DNA of 64,000 nucleotides from Eledone cirrhosa. Lineage: Eukaryota. Within the stretch, counting starts at the first letter, position 1; every line of letters starts with the position of its first letter. The DNA lies in NCBI GenBank assembly GCA_964016885.1, contig OZ024752.1, forward strand, positions 17,918,001 to 17,982,000, in the 5' to 3' direction. The translations under genes were made by a program, and so were the position numbers. Below, piece by piece: positions 40,550 to 56,737 of this stretch. The notes beneath the pieces were generated by a model. It saw only the letters and a program-made list of their open reading frames with translations, was not told the DNA's origin and made no database searches.

Positions 40550-40598
40550 CCATTACGAGCTGAGGATCCGCTAAGATGAAACAATTGTTCTCGTATGG
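40550..40598 (+). ncRNA. Minimal type-I hammerhead ribozyme motif (family E)
   Basis: TACGAG-CTGAGGA(40560)-TCCGCTAAGAT-GAAAC-AATT-GTT-CTCGTA. It follows a short PLE-like 3' coding remnant (CLNTRNE..TRCPH) at about 40300-40410. Confidence 0.75.
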
Positions 40599-40637
40599 TG
40601 AACTAACTGTTGTGTAACCACTTCTATATATATATAT

Positions 40638-42043
40638 ATGGGATAACAAGTTATCGTTATAGGTAATCCAGTTAGAGCTTGTGAGTACTCTGAGTCGTGG
40701 ATAGTTTTAACGTACGGCTTTGTTTGACTCAAACATGTTTCCATAGTTATGCAGCGAGTTCGCGGTAATTCCTATGCAGGTTATACTTGACGTAATAATA
40801 GTGAAAGAATGAAGAGTAACATGGTTGGCTGTACAATAAGGGGTTTTATTTCAAGTACTGACAATTGTTTCGTTGATCAGGTGAGTCTAGAGTTTGCTAA
40901 TCCCTTGAGGTTGCATCACTCGATCTCCAATACATTATTTACCTCTGATCAGCACATCAGAGTACGTAGATATAAAAATAATTCACTCGAGGCAAGATAT
41001 ATATAGAAGAATAGCGTATAATCAAAACAATAACATCAATAATAAAATATATATGGTAAATAGGTAGCGAAGTTACAGATGTAAAAAGTAAAAAGTAAAA
41101 CATAAGATAGGATACATTAAAAAAGTAAGAAAATAAGAAAATGGAAAATATAAAGAAATAAATAAGGAGAAGTGAGAGCATGTAAGTACAGAGTAAGTTT
41201 GTGGTGGTGGTGAGTAAGTGTTTTATTAGGATTCTTTGATGGTTTTAGTGCTAACATGAAAAGCCAAATTCGAAATATACATAGATACGTGTAGAGAGTC
41301 TGATGTAGTGACAGATAAAAGAAAAAAGAAAAAGCAATAAATTAGAGATAAATTGGGGGATACAAGTATGAGATTTAAGGGCTTGGGGTGGATTGTGGAG
41401 GGAGGTTTGACAAACGTGTGTGGTAAATGTTTTGCTGATTGTCCTATCTTAATGGAGTTGATGCTGTTTCAGGGAAAGAGGGTGAAAGAGATGTTCAGAG
41501 ATTTATGATCCAGTGACCAGTTGGCCGTTTGACAGCTAATAGCAGTGTGATGTTGTGTATTCTATATGCTAAAATCTAGGTGGTTCAGTTCTAATTTTGG
41601 GATTGCTGGTTCGAATCATGGTGGTTTGAAGTTTGTGAATCTGGTAGCTATTTTATGCCTACAGAAAATTGATCTTTCTATTTTGCTGTTAAGTAGCATC
41701 CCATCGTACCTTAAAATATGGAGTAGTTCTAAATTACGAAGTCAGCAGTGTGACATTCCGTTGTTGTAGGCCCTTGCTACCGATAATTTTGACCAGCTAA
41801 TCTCCAGTTTACGGTTCTTCATGGAGTGTCTGTGGACGTACCACCTTTTCTTGAACTCCCCAGCCGTGGAACCTATGTAGTGCCAAGTAGAGTTGCCTGA
41901 ATTTACAGTACACAGGTACACCATACTCGAATCCAGGCATCTATTTTGAAGTGGGCATTTATCCGGTAGGTGGCAATTACAATTTGAGGTTTTTATGTGT
42001 GCAGGTTCTCCGTTGCGGTTTTGTAAGTTGTTGTGGGTGGGTT

Positions 42044-42048
<5 letters not shown>
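40638..42048 (-). mobile_element. Naiad-type PLE 3' fragment (GIY-YIG, 3' region, pseudo-LTR) between (TA)n tracts
   Basis: CNCHLPDKCPLQNRCLDSSMVYLC..WHYIGST. The tail at 40638-40790 is related to 58142-58290. Confidence 0.85.
40855..40965 (-). ncRNA. Type-I hammerhead motif, long stem II, A9 changed to U (family F)
   Basis: GTACT-CTGATGT-GCTGATCAG...CTGATCAAC-GAAAC-AATT-GTC-AGTAC. Confidence 0.72.
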
Positions 42049-42122
<74 letters not shown>

Positions 42123-42263
42123 GTTGTTAAACAATATTCGATGATTTATGTCAAAGAATGAGTTTTACAGTAGATTGGAAGCACTCAACTGAAAATAATT
42201 TTCAGGAGTTATTAATATTAAAATATAAGTATTAATAAAATAGATGTTCTTTTGATCAATTAC

Positions 42264-42315
42264 TTTTTATTATACATATTTCGGATTTACAACAGTACGT
42301 CCTCATCAGACAAAA
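42264..42315 (-). ncRNA. Minimal type-I hammerhead ribozyme motif (family G)
   Basis: TTTTGT-CTGATGA-GGA..TCC-GAAATA-TG-TATA-ATAAAA. Confidence 0.72.
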
Positions 42316-42414
42316 TATAATGATACATGAGATGTTAAATGGTTAAGATTTAATCAAGGTAGTGACTACCTTGATTAAATGTAATTGATCAAAAGAACAT
42401 CTATTTTATTAATA

Positions 42415-42521
<107 letters not shown>

Positions 42522-42814
42522 CTCAACAAACTATGCTAGGCATTGATTCATTAATTCCAGAAGTTTTTGAATACAAACCAGACGATATATATATATATAT
42601 ATACATGTAAGGCATATATAAATTTCTATACTCTGATTAATTGTAAATGCACAGTAATAAGGGAATCAATTACATTGAACTGGTTTATTTAAAGATATTC
42701 TCCTGTATGGCTAAAACATTCTAAACTTTCTAAGAGTGATTTAATATATTCTCATATAGGAGATGTGTTAATATCAACAAAAATAAGTGATCAGGTAATA
42801 GTTCATCTGAAGCT

Positions 42815-42904
42815 TTGGCACATAGAGTTACGGCCCTTGCCATTCTGAGTTCAAATCCCGCCGAGGTTAACTTTGCCTTTCATCCTTACGGGGTCTTACT
42901 GGTT

Positions 42905-42949
<45 letters not shown>

Positions 42950-42956
42950 ATGCGTG

Positions 42957-42989
<33 letters not shown>

Positions 42990-43615
42990 TTGGGTGTAAA
43001 TGTAAAGGCGCGTGGCTTAATGGTTAGAGAGTTTAATTTACAACCGTGAGGGTGTGAGTTAGATTCCCGAACGGTATGATGTGTTTTAGTTGACGTTTCT
43101 CCAGTTTACTCAGCTGTAGAAATGAGTTGAGCGTCACTGTTGCCAAGCTATATCGGCCTTTCCCTTGGACAAGATCGGTGACATGGAGAGAGGAAACTGG
43201 TATGTATGGGCGACTGCTGGTCTTCCACAAACAAACTTGCTAGGACTTGTGCCTCGGAGGGGAACTTTTCAGCTGCAAATCCTATGGTCCGAATATGCGG
43301 GTCTTTATACATATATATGAATTATATAATCGGCTCTTTAACCTATTCATTCCATTATTATTATAGTTATCCGCATTGTAGAAGCTATATGAATATATGT
43401 GGGGGTTTTAAACATGCGACCCGCAAATTACATGTCTATGGCCCACAACAAAACAATTTTCGTTTTTAAGACCTGAGTTCAAATCCTGCAGCGGTTAAAT
43501 TTGCCTTTCATCCTTACGGGGTTGATGAAACATAGCACCAGTATTGCATTGGGGCCGATTCAATCGACTTTCATCTTCCCCCAAATTGTTGGTCTTGTGC
43601 ATAAATCAGAAACAA
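42815..43615 (+). mobile_element. Cluster of SINE pieces (42815-42900, 43005-43290, 43470-43615)
   Basis: Two partial copies of the shared core, plus a second tRNA-like head GGCGCGTGGCTTAATGGTTAGAG...GAGTTAGATTCCC. Confidence 0.65.
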
Positions 43616-44019
43616 ATATTTTCCAAAAACGAATTTATCCTTATTTTAATGATATTTATCGTACTATTTATTGAAATCTGCCCATGAAATACAATAAAAT
43701 GGAAAAACAAAATGGGATCTACCAAAAGTAAAAACGGAATTAAGGAAAATTTGTTATCCTCCATTTTGTACTAATTCTCATATGTGTACAGGTTCACAAT
43801 CTTTTATCCGAAATCGGATAAAAGGATATCGCATGTACACCAAAGCTCGAACCGAAACGACCCACAGTCAGCCCACGTGAAGCAGTTATGTCTCAGGATG
43901 CCATTTATGCAATTGTTAATGGCTGGAAAGATGTGGCACAAACTTTGGCCTACAACAATGTTCGCTGAAATATGAGCAGATGAGGACTTTGGAGGATTCC
44001 GTCTCATTAATGAGAAGAA

Positions 44020-44902
44020 GATATCATATCTCATTGCTTATGGAATCCTACCCCAATACTTATGATATCGTACCTAATTACTTATGACATCATACCTCAT
44101 TGCTTATGAAATCATACCTCATTGCTTATGAAATCATACCTCATTGCTTATAGTATCCTACCTCATTGCTTATGGTATCCTATGATATCATACCACATTA
44201 CTTATGATATCATACCTCATTACTTATGATATCATAACACATTACTTATGGTATCATACCACATTACATATGATATCATACCTCATTACTTGTGATATCG
44301 TACCTCATTGCTTATGATATCATACTTCATTACTTATGGTATCCTACCTCATTGGTTATGGTATCCTACCTCATTGCTTATGATATCATGCCTCATTACT
44401 TATGGTATCCTACCTCATTGCATATGATATCATACCTCATTGCATATGATATCATACCTCATAGCTTATGGTATCCTACCTCATTGCTTATGGTATCCTA
44501 CCTCATTGCTTATGGTATCCTACCTCATTACATATGAGTTCATACCGCATTGTATATGGTATCCTACCTCATTGCATATGTTATCATACCTCATTGCATA
44601 TGATATCATACCGCATTGCATATGGTATCCTACCTCATTGCATATGATATCATACCTCATTGCATATGGTATCCTACCTCATTGCATATGTTATCCTACC
44701 TCATTGGATATGTTATCATACCTCATTGCATATGATATCATACCGCATTGCATATGGTATCCGACCGCAATTCATATGGTATCATACCTCATTACTTATG
44801 GTATCCTATCTCATTGCATAGGATATCATACCTCAATGCTTATGATATCGTACCTCATTACTTATGATATCGTACCTCATTACTTATGATATCAGACCTC
44901 AT
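44020..44902. repeat. 22-bp minisatellite (ATCATACCTCATTGCTTATGAT-like), about 40 copies
   Basis: Direct tandem units with point variants. Confidence 0.95.
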
Positions 44903-44941
44903 TTGTGGTATTATTCTATCTAGTATAAACTTTATAATTCT

Positions 44942-45079
44942 GCCTATACAGATGCAGGCCTATACAGATGCACGCCTATACAGATGCAGGCCTATACAGA
45001 TGCAGGCCTATACAGATGCACGCCTATACAGATGCACGCCTATACAGATGCACGCCTATACAGATGCACGCCTATACAG
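44942..45079. repeat. 16-bp tandem repeat CCTATACAGATGCA(G/C)G, about 8.5 copies
   Basis: Direct reading of the sequence. Confidence 0.95.
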
Positions 45080-45244
45080 ACGGTGGCAGCTGAACAAAAG
45101 AAATTTTTAGAAATGGCGGAGAGAATTGTGGCTCACTCACACCAGCACTCAAGACCACCACAACAAGGGACCCAGGGTGGTTGCTACTGACATCAGCCCA
45201 GGTTCCGCACCGACAGCCGTTGGTGACACCCCAAATATCACACC

Positions 45245-46330
45245 AGTGCTGCTGTTGAATGTCAGAGGTCTAGTGAAACTCACCAACATGAATAAAATTC
45301 CCTACCTGAGAGACTTAGCCATAAGCAATCAAGCAATATGCATGGCACTAACCAAAACGCACCTGACAAGAAGTATAGCAGATGCGGAAATACATATACC
45401 AAAATATACTGTATTTCGTTCAGACAGGAAGGAGAGAACTCATGGTGGGGTTTCCCTGTACATCTGTGAAGATGTCACACCCATTGTACTGTTAACACAT
45501 TCCAACTCAGTCTGTGACACTTTGATAGTACACATGAAGCAACTGAAAATGATAATGTGTGTCACACATCGGCCACCCGATGGACCAATTCATGAAGGTA
45601 AGTTTGAATCCTCAGTCCTCAATCTTCAGACGGATGGCAGAAGTCCATGACAAACTGGACCAGGGTCTCAACATTCTACTGCTGGGAGACTTCAACCTGC
45701 CAAAGGTCAAATGGCCTGAGGGCTACCTCCTCCCTGGAATGACCTCACTCAAATAGAGACAGATAACAGAGTCCCTGCTGGCCCTCACACACAGGATGTT
45801 CATGGAACAAGCAGTACTCCTCCCAGCAAGAGGCGAGAATGTCCTGGACCTCTGTTTTACAAACAAAGAAATGCTCATCCACAATGTAAAGGTGGCATCA
45901 ACGATTTTCTCGGATCATAACTTAGTAAAACTAATGATATGTGGTCCGAGAGAATCAACAGATACACAACCATCAAGAGAGAAATCCAGAAGCAAATATG
46001 GAGCGACAACATCACCACACAAGACACCAACACACATTTTCAACATTTCATGACAACGATACACACTATATTCCATAAGTCTGTCCCGGAGAAAAAGGCC
46101 AACAGACACAAAAATGTTATCCCCAGAGACAACAAAATCATTATGAGACGAAGAACTAAGCTCTCAAAACAGTTAAATGCACAACATAAAAACAAGAAGG
46201 AATCCTATCTGAAACAAGCACTACTTGAAATTGAAACTGCACTCAAACTTTCCCATGAGAAGGAGAGGGCAGGTGGAGAAGCCAGGGCCATAGAAAATAT
46301 TAAAACAAACCCTGACGCCTTCTTTAAATT

Positions 46331-46332
<2 letters not shown>
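45245..46332 (+). mobile_element. CR1/Jockey-type LINE APE-endonuclease fragment, decayed
   Basis: LLNVRGL, RSDR..HGGVSLYI, LLGDFNLP, NVLDLCFTN, SDHNLV. Confidence 0.8.
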
Positions 46333-46398
<66 letters not shown>

Positions 46399-46591
46399 AT
46401 ATATATTATTTAATACAATAACAGAGATAGTTTAAAGCTAAACTCTGACTGGTAACCATCTCACTCAACAAACATTAGGTTATATTAAAATATAGACCCA
46501 ATTTAAGTGTTTTGGGTGGTGCTAACAATATGTATAATGTGGAAAAACCAGTTGTATTATTTTATGAGATATAATTAAAGTTAAAGTATCC

Positions 46592-46638
<47 letters not shown>

Positions 46639-46653
46639 AATATATATATATAT

Positions 46654-47148
46654 TGTTATGCTTTGGAAGGGTCATGTTGCCAATAAGAAACACACACACC
46701 AGTTGCGTTCACTCCAATTTATTATAAATTAAATTTATAAATTTAAGAATTTATAAATTTCCGGTTGGTATGGTTGGTGCCACAACCGGACGGTGGTTCA
46801 TATATTCTCAAAGTAACATGTAAATAAACAAATAAATAAACAAATATAAACACACACAGACCCCCCGGATGTAACACATGCGCAAACTGAGCACACAACA
46901 CACACAAAAACAAGATGGCGTATCACAGAACAAAGGAGAGGCACAAAAACAAAGAAAAAGAATCCCCAGTCACTGAAGAGGTCACAGAATGTGTGACGAA
47001 AGAACTTTGACAATATATGAACAACTGTCCGGTTATGGAACCAACCAACCAACCGGAAATTTATAAATTTAATTTATAATAAATTGGAGTGAAAGCAACT
47101 GGTGCGTGTGTTTTCTTATTGACAACATGACCCTCCCAAAGTATAACA
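46654..47148 (+). mobile_element. Non-coding foldback element with about 150-bp inverted arms and a central hammerhead
   Basis: Arms 46654-46814 and 47004-47148 are diverged reverse complements. Set between (TA)n tracts. Confidence 0.8.
46969..47011 (+). ncRNA. Minimal type-I hammerhead ribozyme motif (family H)
   Basis: GTCA-CTGAAGA-G-GTCAC..GTGAC-GAAAG-AA-CTT-TGAC. Confidence 0.72.
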
Positions 47149-47215
47149 ATATCGGTTTTAACACACGTTTTCAGAAAAAGAATCTTGCTAAACAAATTCA
47201 GAAACGAAATATATA

Positions 47216-47266
<51 letters not shown>

Positions 47267-48195
47267 TAATAAGATAGTAATGAATTATTGTCTTTCACTA
47301 TTTAGGGTTTAAAATATATATAACTATAAAAGGTTCTAGTATATACATAACCATAAATAGTATCCTTAATACTATATATATATATATTATATATATATAT
47401 ATTATATATATATAGACAGGGGGGGAAGAAAAATGGCTTCACTTGTGCTTTCAAACAAATTTATTTTCTTCACAAAATCCCAAAAGAATTTATTCTTAAA
47501 AAACAAAAAAATTATTTTATAAATTAAGTTGTTGGTTGTTGGTTAGGTCTTAGGAGTTCTTGGTTAACGTAGGAGGTATTGTTTCGTTTTTAGAAAGACC
47601 TTTCACGCTGAGGTGCGCTTGTCAAACTGATGTGTATGTGGTGTGTTGTTCTATATATAGGGATTTAACATGTCTGTGGTGTGGTGGGGGGGTTTCTTTT
47701 CTCCACCTTTAATAAGTGCATGGGTGTAGGTGTGTTGAAAAGTGTTCATAGCAGTAATGAGTTGAGACGGTGAGTAGGGTTGGGTGGGGAGAAATGTAGG
47801 CAAGTGCGGCCTGCCGCGGTCATTCTCGAAAAATTCCTTTATTCAGGGGAAAAAGCTTTTAGTATTGCTTTTGTGTTGAAAATGGTCACAGGCAAATCGC
47901 ACCTGTCAAGTTTGTGAATAATTATTTTTTATTTTTTTCCTGAAGAATTTTTCTACGTCCATCCCAAAGTTAGTCCTTTGTTCAACACACACATATGTGC
48001 GTATATACGTACATACACACACGGGCATATGTAGGAATATAAAGGCAAACACCATCAATCACACACCCATGTACAAATACATCCACATACATACACAAAA
48101 ACATATAGAGACACATATAAGAACACACATACACATTCGTACACACACGAATATGTACTCTCATACCTCCACATGGGTATATATATTATATATAC

Positions 48196-48296
<101 letters not shown>

Positions 48297-48490
48297 CACA
48301 TACACATACACACACATACACACACACATATATATATATATACACACACACACATATATATATATATATACATATATACATACATATACATACATACATA
48401 TACATACATATACACACATAAAGATACATAACTAAATATACATATATACACATACACGCACACATACACACACACACACACACGCACGTG

Positions 48491-48535
<45 letters not shown>

Positions 48536-48614
48536 GTCCGTATATATACCCCTCCGTTCACACATACATGCATACACACACACACATACACACACACACA
48601 CACATATACATATA

Positions 48615-48694
<80 letters not shown>

Positions 48695-49141
48695 CACATA
48701 CACATACATATATGTACACATAAACACATACAGACACATACACACATATACACATACATATACACATACATATATATCCATATACATATATATACACATA
48801 CATATACACATATATATATATATATATACACATACATACACATACACATACACATACAAGTACATACATACACACATACATACATACACATACATGTACA
48901 TACATACATATATATATATATATACATATATACATACATATATATATATACATATATATACACACATACACACACATGCATACACACATACATATATACA
49001 TCTACATACATACATACATATACACAAACAGAAACATACACATATGTACACACATATATACAGAAATGCACATACACACACACACACATATAAATAGGTA
49101 CATACACATACATACACACACACATAAACATACATATCTAT

Positions 49142-49182
<41 letters not shown>

Positions 49183-49235
49183 TATATACAAACATACACA
49201 TACATACATGTACATATACACATATATACACACAT

Positions 49236-49276
<41 letters not shown>

Positions 49277-49327
49277 TATACATATATATATATACACACA
49301 CACATACAAACATACACACATCCATAC

Positions 49328-49358
<31 letters not shown>

Positions 49359-49489
49359 TACACACACCCACATACATATATACCCACACGTACATACATC
49401 CATACATCCCTATACACATATATGTGTGTGTCTCACCGTTTACTCAGATATTCATGTGTATACATAAGAAGAGGGGGGGGGGGGGTAGT

Positions 49490-50240
49490 TTCATCGGGTA
49501 TTCTTCAACGAGAATACCCGATGAAACTCATCAACGCAGCCATCTCCAAGGCTAAGAACATCCCAATAACAACACTGAGAAAACCAAACCCACAACATAA
49601 AAAAGAAAACCCTGCTATCTCTTTTGTCATCACTCACAACCCAGGGAACATCAACATTGTGAAAACTGCTAAGCAGTATCTCCCGATTCTACAGCAATCT
49701 ACCAAAATGAATGCACTCTTGAAAAACACACAGATAATTTATAGCAGACGCCAAGCACCCAACCTTAAAAAACTAATTACCAAGGCAAAATTTACGACCA
49801 ACATGGAATCAATGCAAGTGACGAAATGCGGGGACCCTAGATGTGGAACCTGTGAACTCATCGAAGAGGGCAAACAGTTGTCCTTCAAAAACCATGATAA
49901 TTTCAAGGTCAATGCTAACATGAACTGCAAAACGAAAAACCTAATATATTGCGCAACATGTCCACAGTGTAAAGAGTATTACATTGGGGAAACCGGAACG
50001 GGATTACATGATAGAGTCCGGGTACATAAACAACAAATTAAAGACCCCGCAGTCAGAAATACCACATGTAGCGCACACTTTGCATAATGCGGGAAGTGAA
50101 AATTCACAATCTTCCCTTTCTTCAAGATATGGTCGGATAACGAACATTTCCGCAGATATAAAGAAGAATTCTTCATTGAAAAATTTAAACCACTACTGAA
50201 CACGAAAAAATGAATTAACACTCGGAGGTAAAATTCCATT
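49490..50240 (+). mobile_element. Neptune-type PLE GIY-YIG fragment
   Basis: R.YP..LI, RQAPNLKKL, CGDPRCGTC, NLIYCATCPQCKEYYIGET. Premature stop at 50087. Confidence 0.85.
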
Positions 50241-50375
50241 TAACTACCCCCCCCTCTCTTCTTATGTATACACATGAATATCTGAGTAAACGGTGAGACA
50301 CACACATATATGTGTATAGGGATGTATGGATGTATGTACGTGTGGGTATATATGTATGTGGGTGTGTGTATGTGG

Positions 50376-50415
<40 letters not shown>

Positions 50416-50438
50416 GTATGGATGTGTGTATGTTTGTA

Positions 50439-50474
<36 letters not shown>

Positions 50475-50571
50475 CCTCCACCTTACTCACTTCCCTCTTC
50501 CCCTTCTCTTCCTACCTCCTTCTTTATCTCTTATCTAGTGTATGAAGTATTTTCATATCATTCTAATACAA

Positions 50572-50688
50572 AGGTCTGATGACATGGTGTGTTGGCTTAC
50601 AGTGTACTTTCGGTTTATGATAATATTTGTGTATTATTCAAATAGCGAGGTATAGGTAACTCATACACTATAGAAACAATTGATACCT
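50572..50688 (+). ncRNA. Family A hammerhead motif with the cleavage triplet mutated (GUU to GAU)
   Basis: Homologous to 31761-31877. Confidence 0.7.
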
Positions 50689-50724
50689 AATAAATCCTAT
50701 ATACCCGCATTTCCATTTCGTAAA

Positions 50725-50870
<146 letters not shown>

Positions 50871-50973
50871 TAATAAGATAGTAATGAATTATTGTCTTTC
50901 ACTATTTAGGGTTTAAAATATATATAACTATAAAAGGTTCTAGTATATACATAACCATAAATAGTATCCTTAA

Positions 50974-51014
<41 letters not shown>

Positions 51015-51785
51015 GGGGGGAAGAAAAATGGCTTCACTTGTGCTTTCAACAAATTTATTTTCTTCACAAAATCCCAAAAGAATTATTCTTAAAAAACAAA
51101 AAAATTATTTTATAAATTAAGTTGTTGGTTGTTGGTTAGGTCTTAGGAGTTCTTGGTTAACGTAGGAGGTATTGTTTCGTTTTTAGAAAGACCTTTCACG
51201 CTGAGGTGCGCTTGTCAAACTGATGTGTATGTGGTGTGTTGTTCTATATATAGGGATTTAACATGTCTGTGGTGTGGTGGGGGGTTTCTTTTCTCCACCT
51301 TTAATAAGTGCATGGGTGTAGGTGTGTTGAAAAAGTGTTCATAGCAGTAATGAGTTGAGACGGTGAGTAGGGTTGGGTGGGGAGAAATGTAGCAAGTGCG
51401 GCCTGCCGCGGTCATTCTCGAAAAATTCCTTTATTCAGGGGAAAAAGCTTTTAGTATTGCTTTTGTGTTGAGAATGGTCACAGGCAAATCGCACCTGTCA
51501 AGTTTGTGAATAATTATTTTTTTCTTTTTTTCCTGAAGAATTTTTTTACGTCCATCCCAAAGTTAGTCCTTTGTTCAACACACACATATGTGCGCATACA
51601 CGTACATACACACACGGGCATATGTAGGAATATATAGGTACACACCATCAATCACACACCCATGTACAAATACATCCACATACATACACAAAAACATATA
51701 GAGACACATATAAGAACACACATACACATACGTACACACACGAATATGTACTCATACCTCCACATGGGTATATATATATATATAC

Positions 51786-51876
<91 letters not shown>

Positions 51877-52073
51877 CACATACACATACACACACATACA
51901 CACACACATATATATATATATACACACACACACATATATATATATATATACATATATACATACATATACATACATACATATACATACATATACACACATA
52001 AAGATACATAACTAAATATACATATATACACATACACGCACACATACACACACACACACACACGCACGTGTAT

Positions 52074-52109
<36 letters not shown>

Positions 52110-52188
52110 GTCCGTATATATACCCCTCCGTTCACACATACATGCATACACACACACACATACACACACACACACACATATACATATA

Positions 52189-52272
<84 letters not shown>

Positions 52273-52721
52273 CACATACACATACATATATGTACACATA
52301 AACACATACAGACACATACACACATATACACATACATATACACATACATATATATCCATATACATATATATACACATACATATACACATATATATATATA
52401 TATATACACATACATACACATACACATACACATACAAGTACATACATACACACATACATACATACACATACATGTACATACATACATATATATATATATA
52501 TACATATATACATACATATATATATATACATATATATACACACATACACACACATGCATACACACATACATATATACATCTACATACATACATACATATA
52601 CACAAACAGAAACATACACATATGTACACACATATATACAGAAATGCACATACACACACACACACATATAAATAGGTACATACACATACATACACACACA
52701 CATAAACATACATATCTATCC

Positions 52722-52756
<35 letters not shown>

Positions 52757-52809
52757 TATATACAAACATACACATACATACATGTACATATACACATATA
52801 TACACACAT

Positions 52810-52854
<45 letters not shown>

Positions 52855-52905
52855 TATACATATATATATATACACACACACATACAAACATACACACATC
52901 CATAC

Positions 52906-52936
<31 letters not shown>

Positions 52937-53065
52937 TACACACACCCACATACATATATACCCACACGTACATACATCCATACATCCCTATACACATATA
53001 TGTGTGTGTCTCACCGTTTACTCAGATATTCATGTGTATACATAAGAAGAGGGGGGGGGGGTAGT

Positions 53066-53816
53066 TTCATCGGGTATTCTTCAACGAGAATACCCGATGA
53101 AACTCATCAACGCAGCCATCTCCAAGGCTAAGAACATCCCAATAACAACACTGAGAAAACCAAACCCACAACATAAAAAAGAAAACCCTGCTATCTCTTT
53201 TGTCATCACTCACAACCCAGGGAACATCAACATTGTGAAAACTGCTAAGCAGTATCTCCCGATTCTACAGCAATCTACCAAAATGAATGCACTCTTGAAA
53301 AACACACAGATAATTTATAGCAGACGCCAAGCACCCAACCTTAAAAAACTAATTACCAAGGCAAAATTTACGACCAACATGGAATCAATGCAAGTGACGA
53401 AATGCGGGGACCCTAGATGTGGAACCTGTGAACTCATCGAAGAGGGCAAACAGTTGTCCTTCAAAAACCATGATAATTTCAAGGTCAATGCTAACATGAA
53501 CTGCAAAACGAAAAACCTAATATATTGCGCAACATGTCCACAGTGTAAAGAGTATTACATTGGGGAAACCGGAACGGGATTACATGATAGAGTCCGGGTA
53601 CATAAACAACAAATTAAAGACCCCGCAGTCAGAAATACCACATGTAGCGCACACTTTGCATAATGCGGGAAGTGAAAATTCACAATCTTCCCTTTCTTCA
53701 AGATATGGTCGGATAACGAACATTTCCGCAGATATAAAGAAGAATTCTTCATTGAAAAATTTAAACCACTACTGAACACGAAAAAATGAATTAACACTCG
53801 GAGGTAAAATTCCATT
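53066..53816 (+). mobile_element. Neptune-type PLE GIY-YIG fragment (duplicate)
   Basis: Same as 49490-50240. Confidence 0.85.
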
Positions 53817-53953
53817 TAACTACCCCCCCCCCCCTCTTCTTATGTATACACATGAATATCTGAGTAAACGGTGAGACACACACATATATGTGTATAGGGA
53901 TGTATGGATGTATGTACGTGTGGGTATATATGTATGTGGGTGTGTGTATGTGG

Positions 53954-53993
<40 letters not shown>

Positions 53994-54016
53994 GTATGGA
54001 TGTGTGTATGTTTGTA

Positions 54017-54059
<43 letters not shown>

Positions 54060-54153
54060 CCACCTTACTCACTTCCCTCTTCCCCTTCTCTTTCTACCTC
54101 CTTCTTTATCTCTTATCTAGTGTATGAAGTATTTTCATATCATTCTAATACAA

Positions 54154-54270
54154 AGGTCTGATGACATGGTGTGTTGGCTTACAGTGTACTTTCGGTTTAT
54201 GATAATATTTGTGTATTATTCAAATAGCGAGGTATAGGTAACTCATACACTATAGAAACAATTGATACCT
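54154..54270 (+). ncRNA. Family A hammerhead motif with the cleavage triplet mutated
   Basis: Duplicate of 50572-50688. Confidence 0.7.
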
Positions 54271-54305
54271 AATAAATCCTATATACCCGCATTTCCATTT
54301 CGTAA

Positions 54306-56270
<1,965 letters not shown>

Positions 56271-56306
56271 TAATATACCTAACTGTACCAAGGATTACAC
56301 ACATTT

Positions 56307-56359
<53 letters not shown>

Positions 56360-56437
56360 TATACTATATATATAGGATTTCGCTTCAAGCATAGCTTTAT
56401 ACAATATGTATAGAAATTTCGATGTATCTGTGTATGT

Positions 56438-56469
<32 letters not shown>

Positions 56470-56605
56470 TTGTGGATGTATGTGTGTATGTGTATGAGTG
56501 TGTATATATGTACGTACATCCATATAATTCTTATATAGATATATAAGAGCATCAACCATATATACACACTCATACACATACACACATACATCCACAAACA
56601 CACAT

Positions 56606-56726
<121 letters not shown>

Positions 56727-56737
56727 CACATATATAT

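Noticed and set aside
43005-43075. tRNA gene
   Set aside because: The B-box is degenerate and there is no clean cloverleaf. It continues into a SINE body.
44020-44902. Common origin of the 22-bp and 36-bp repeats
   Set aside because: Only a short CTTAT..GGT..CTAC resemblance in AT-rich sequence, which is not enough.
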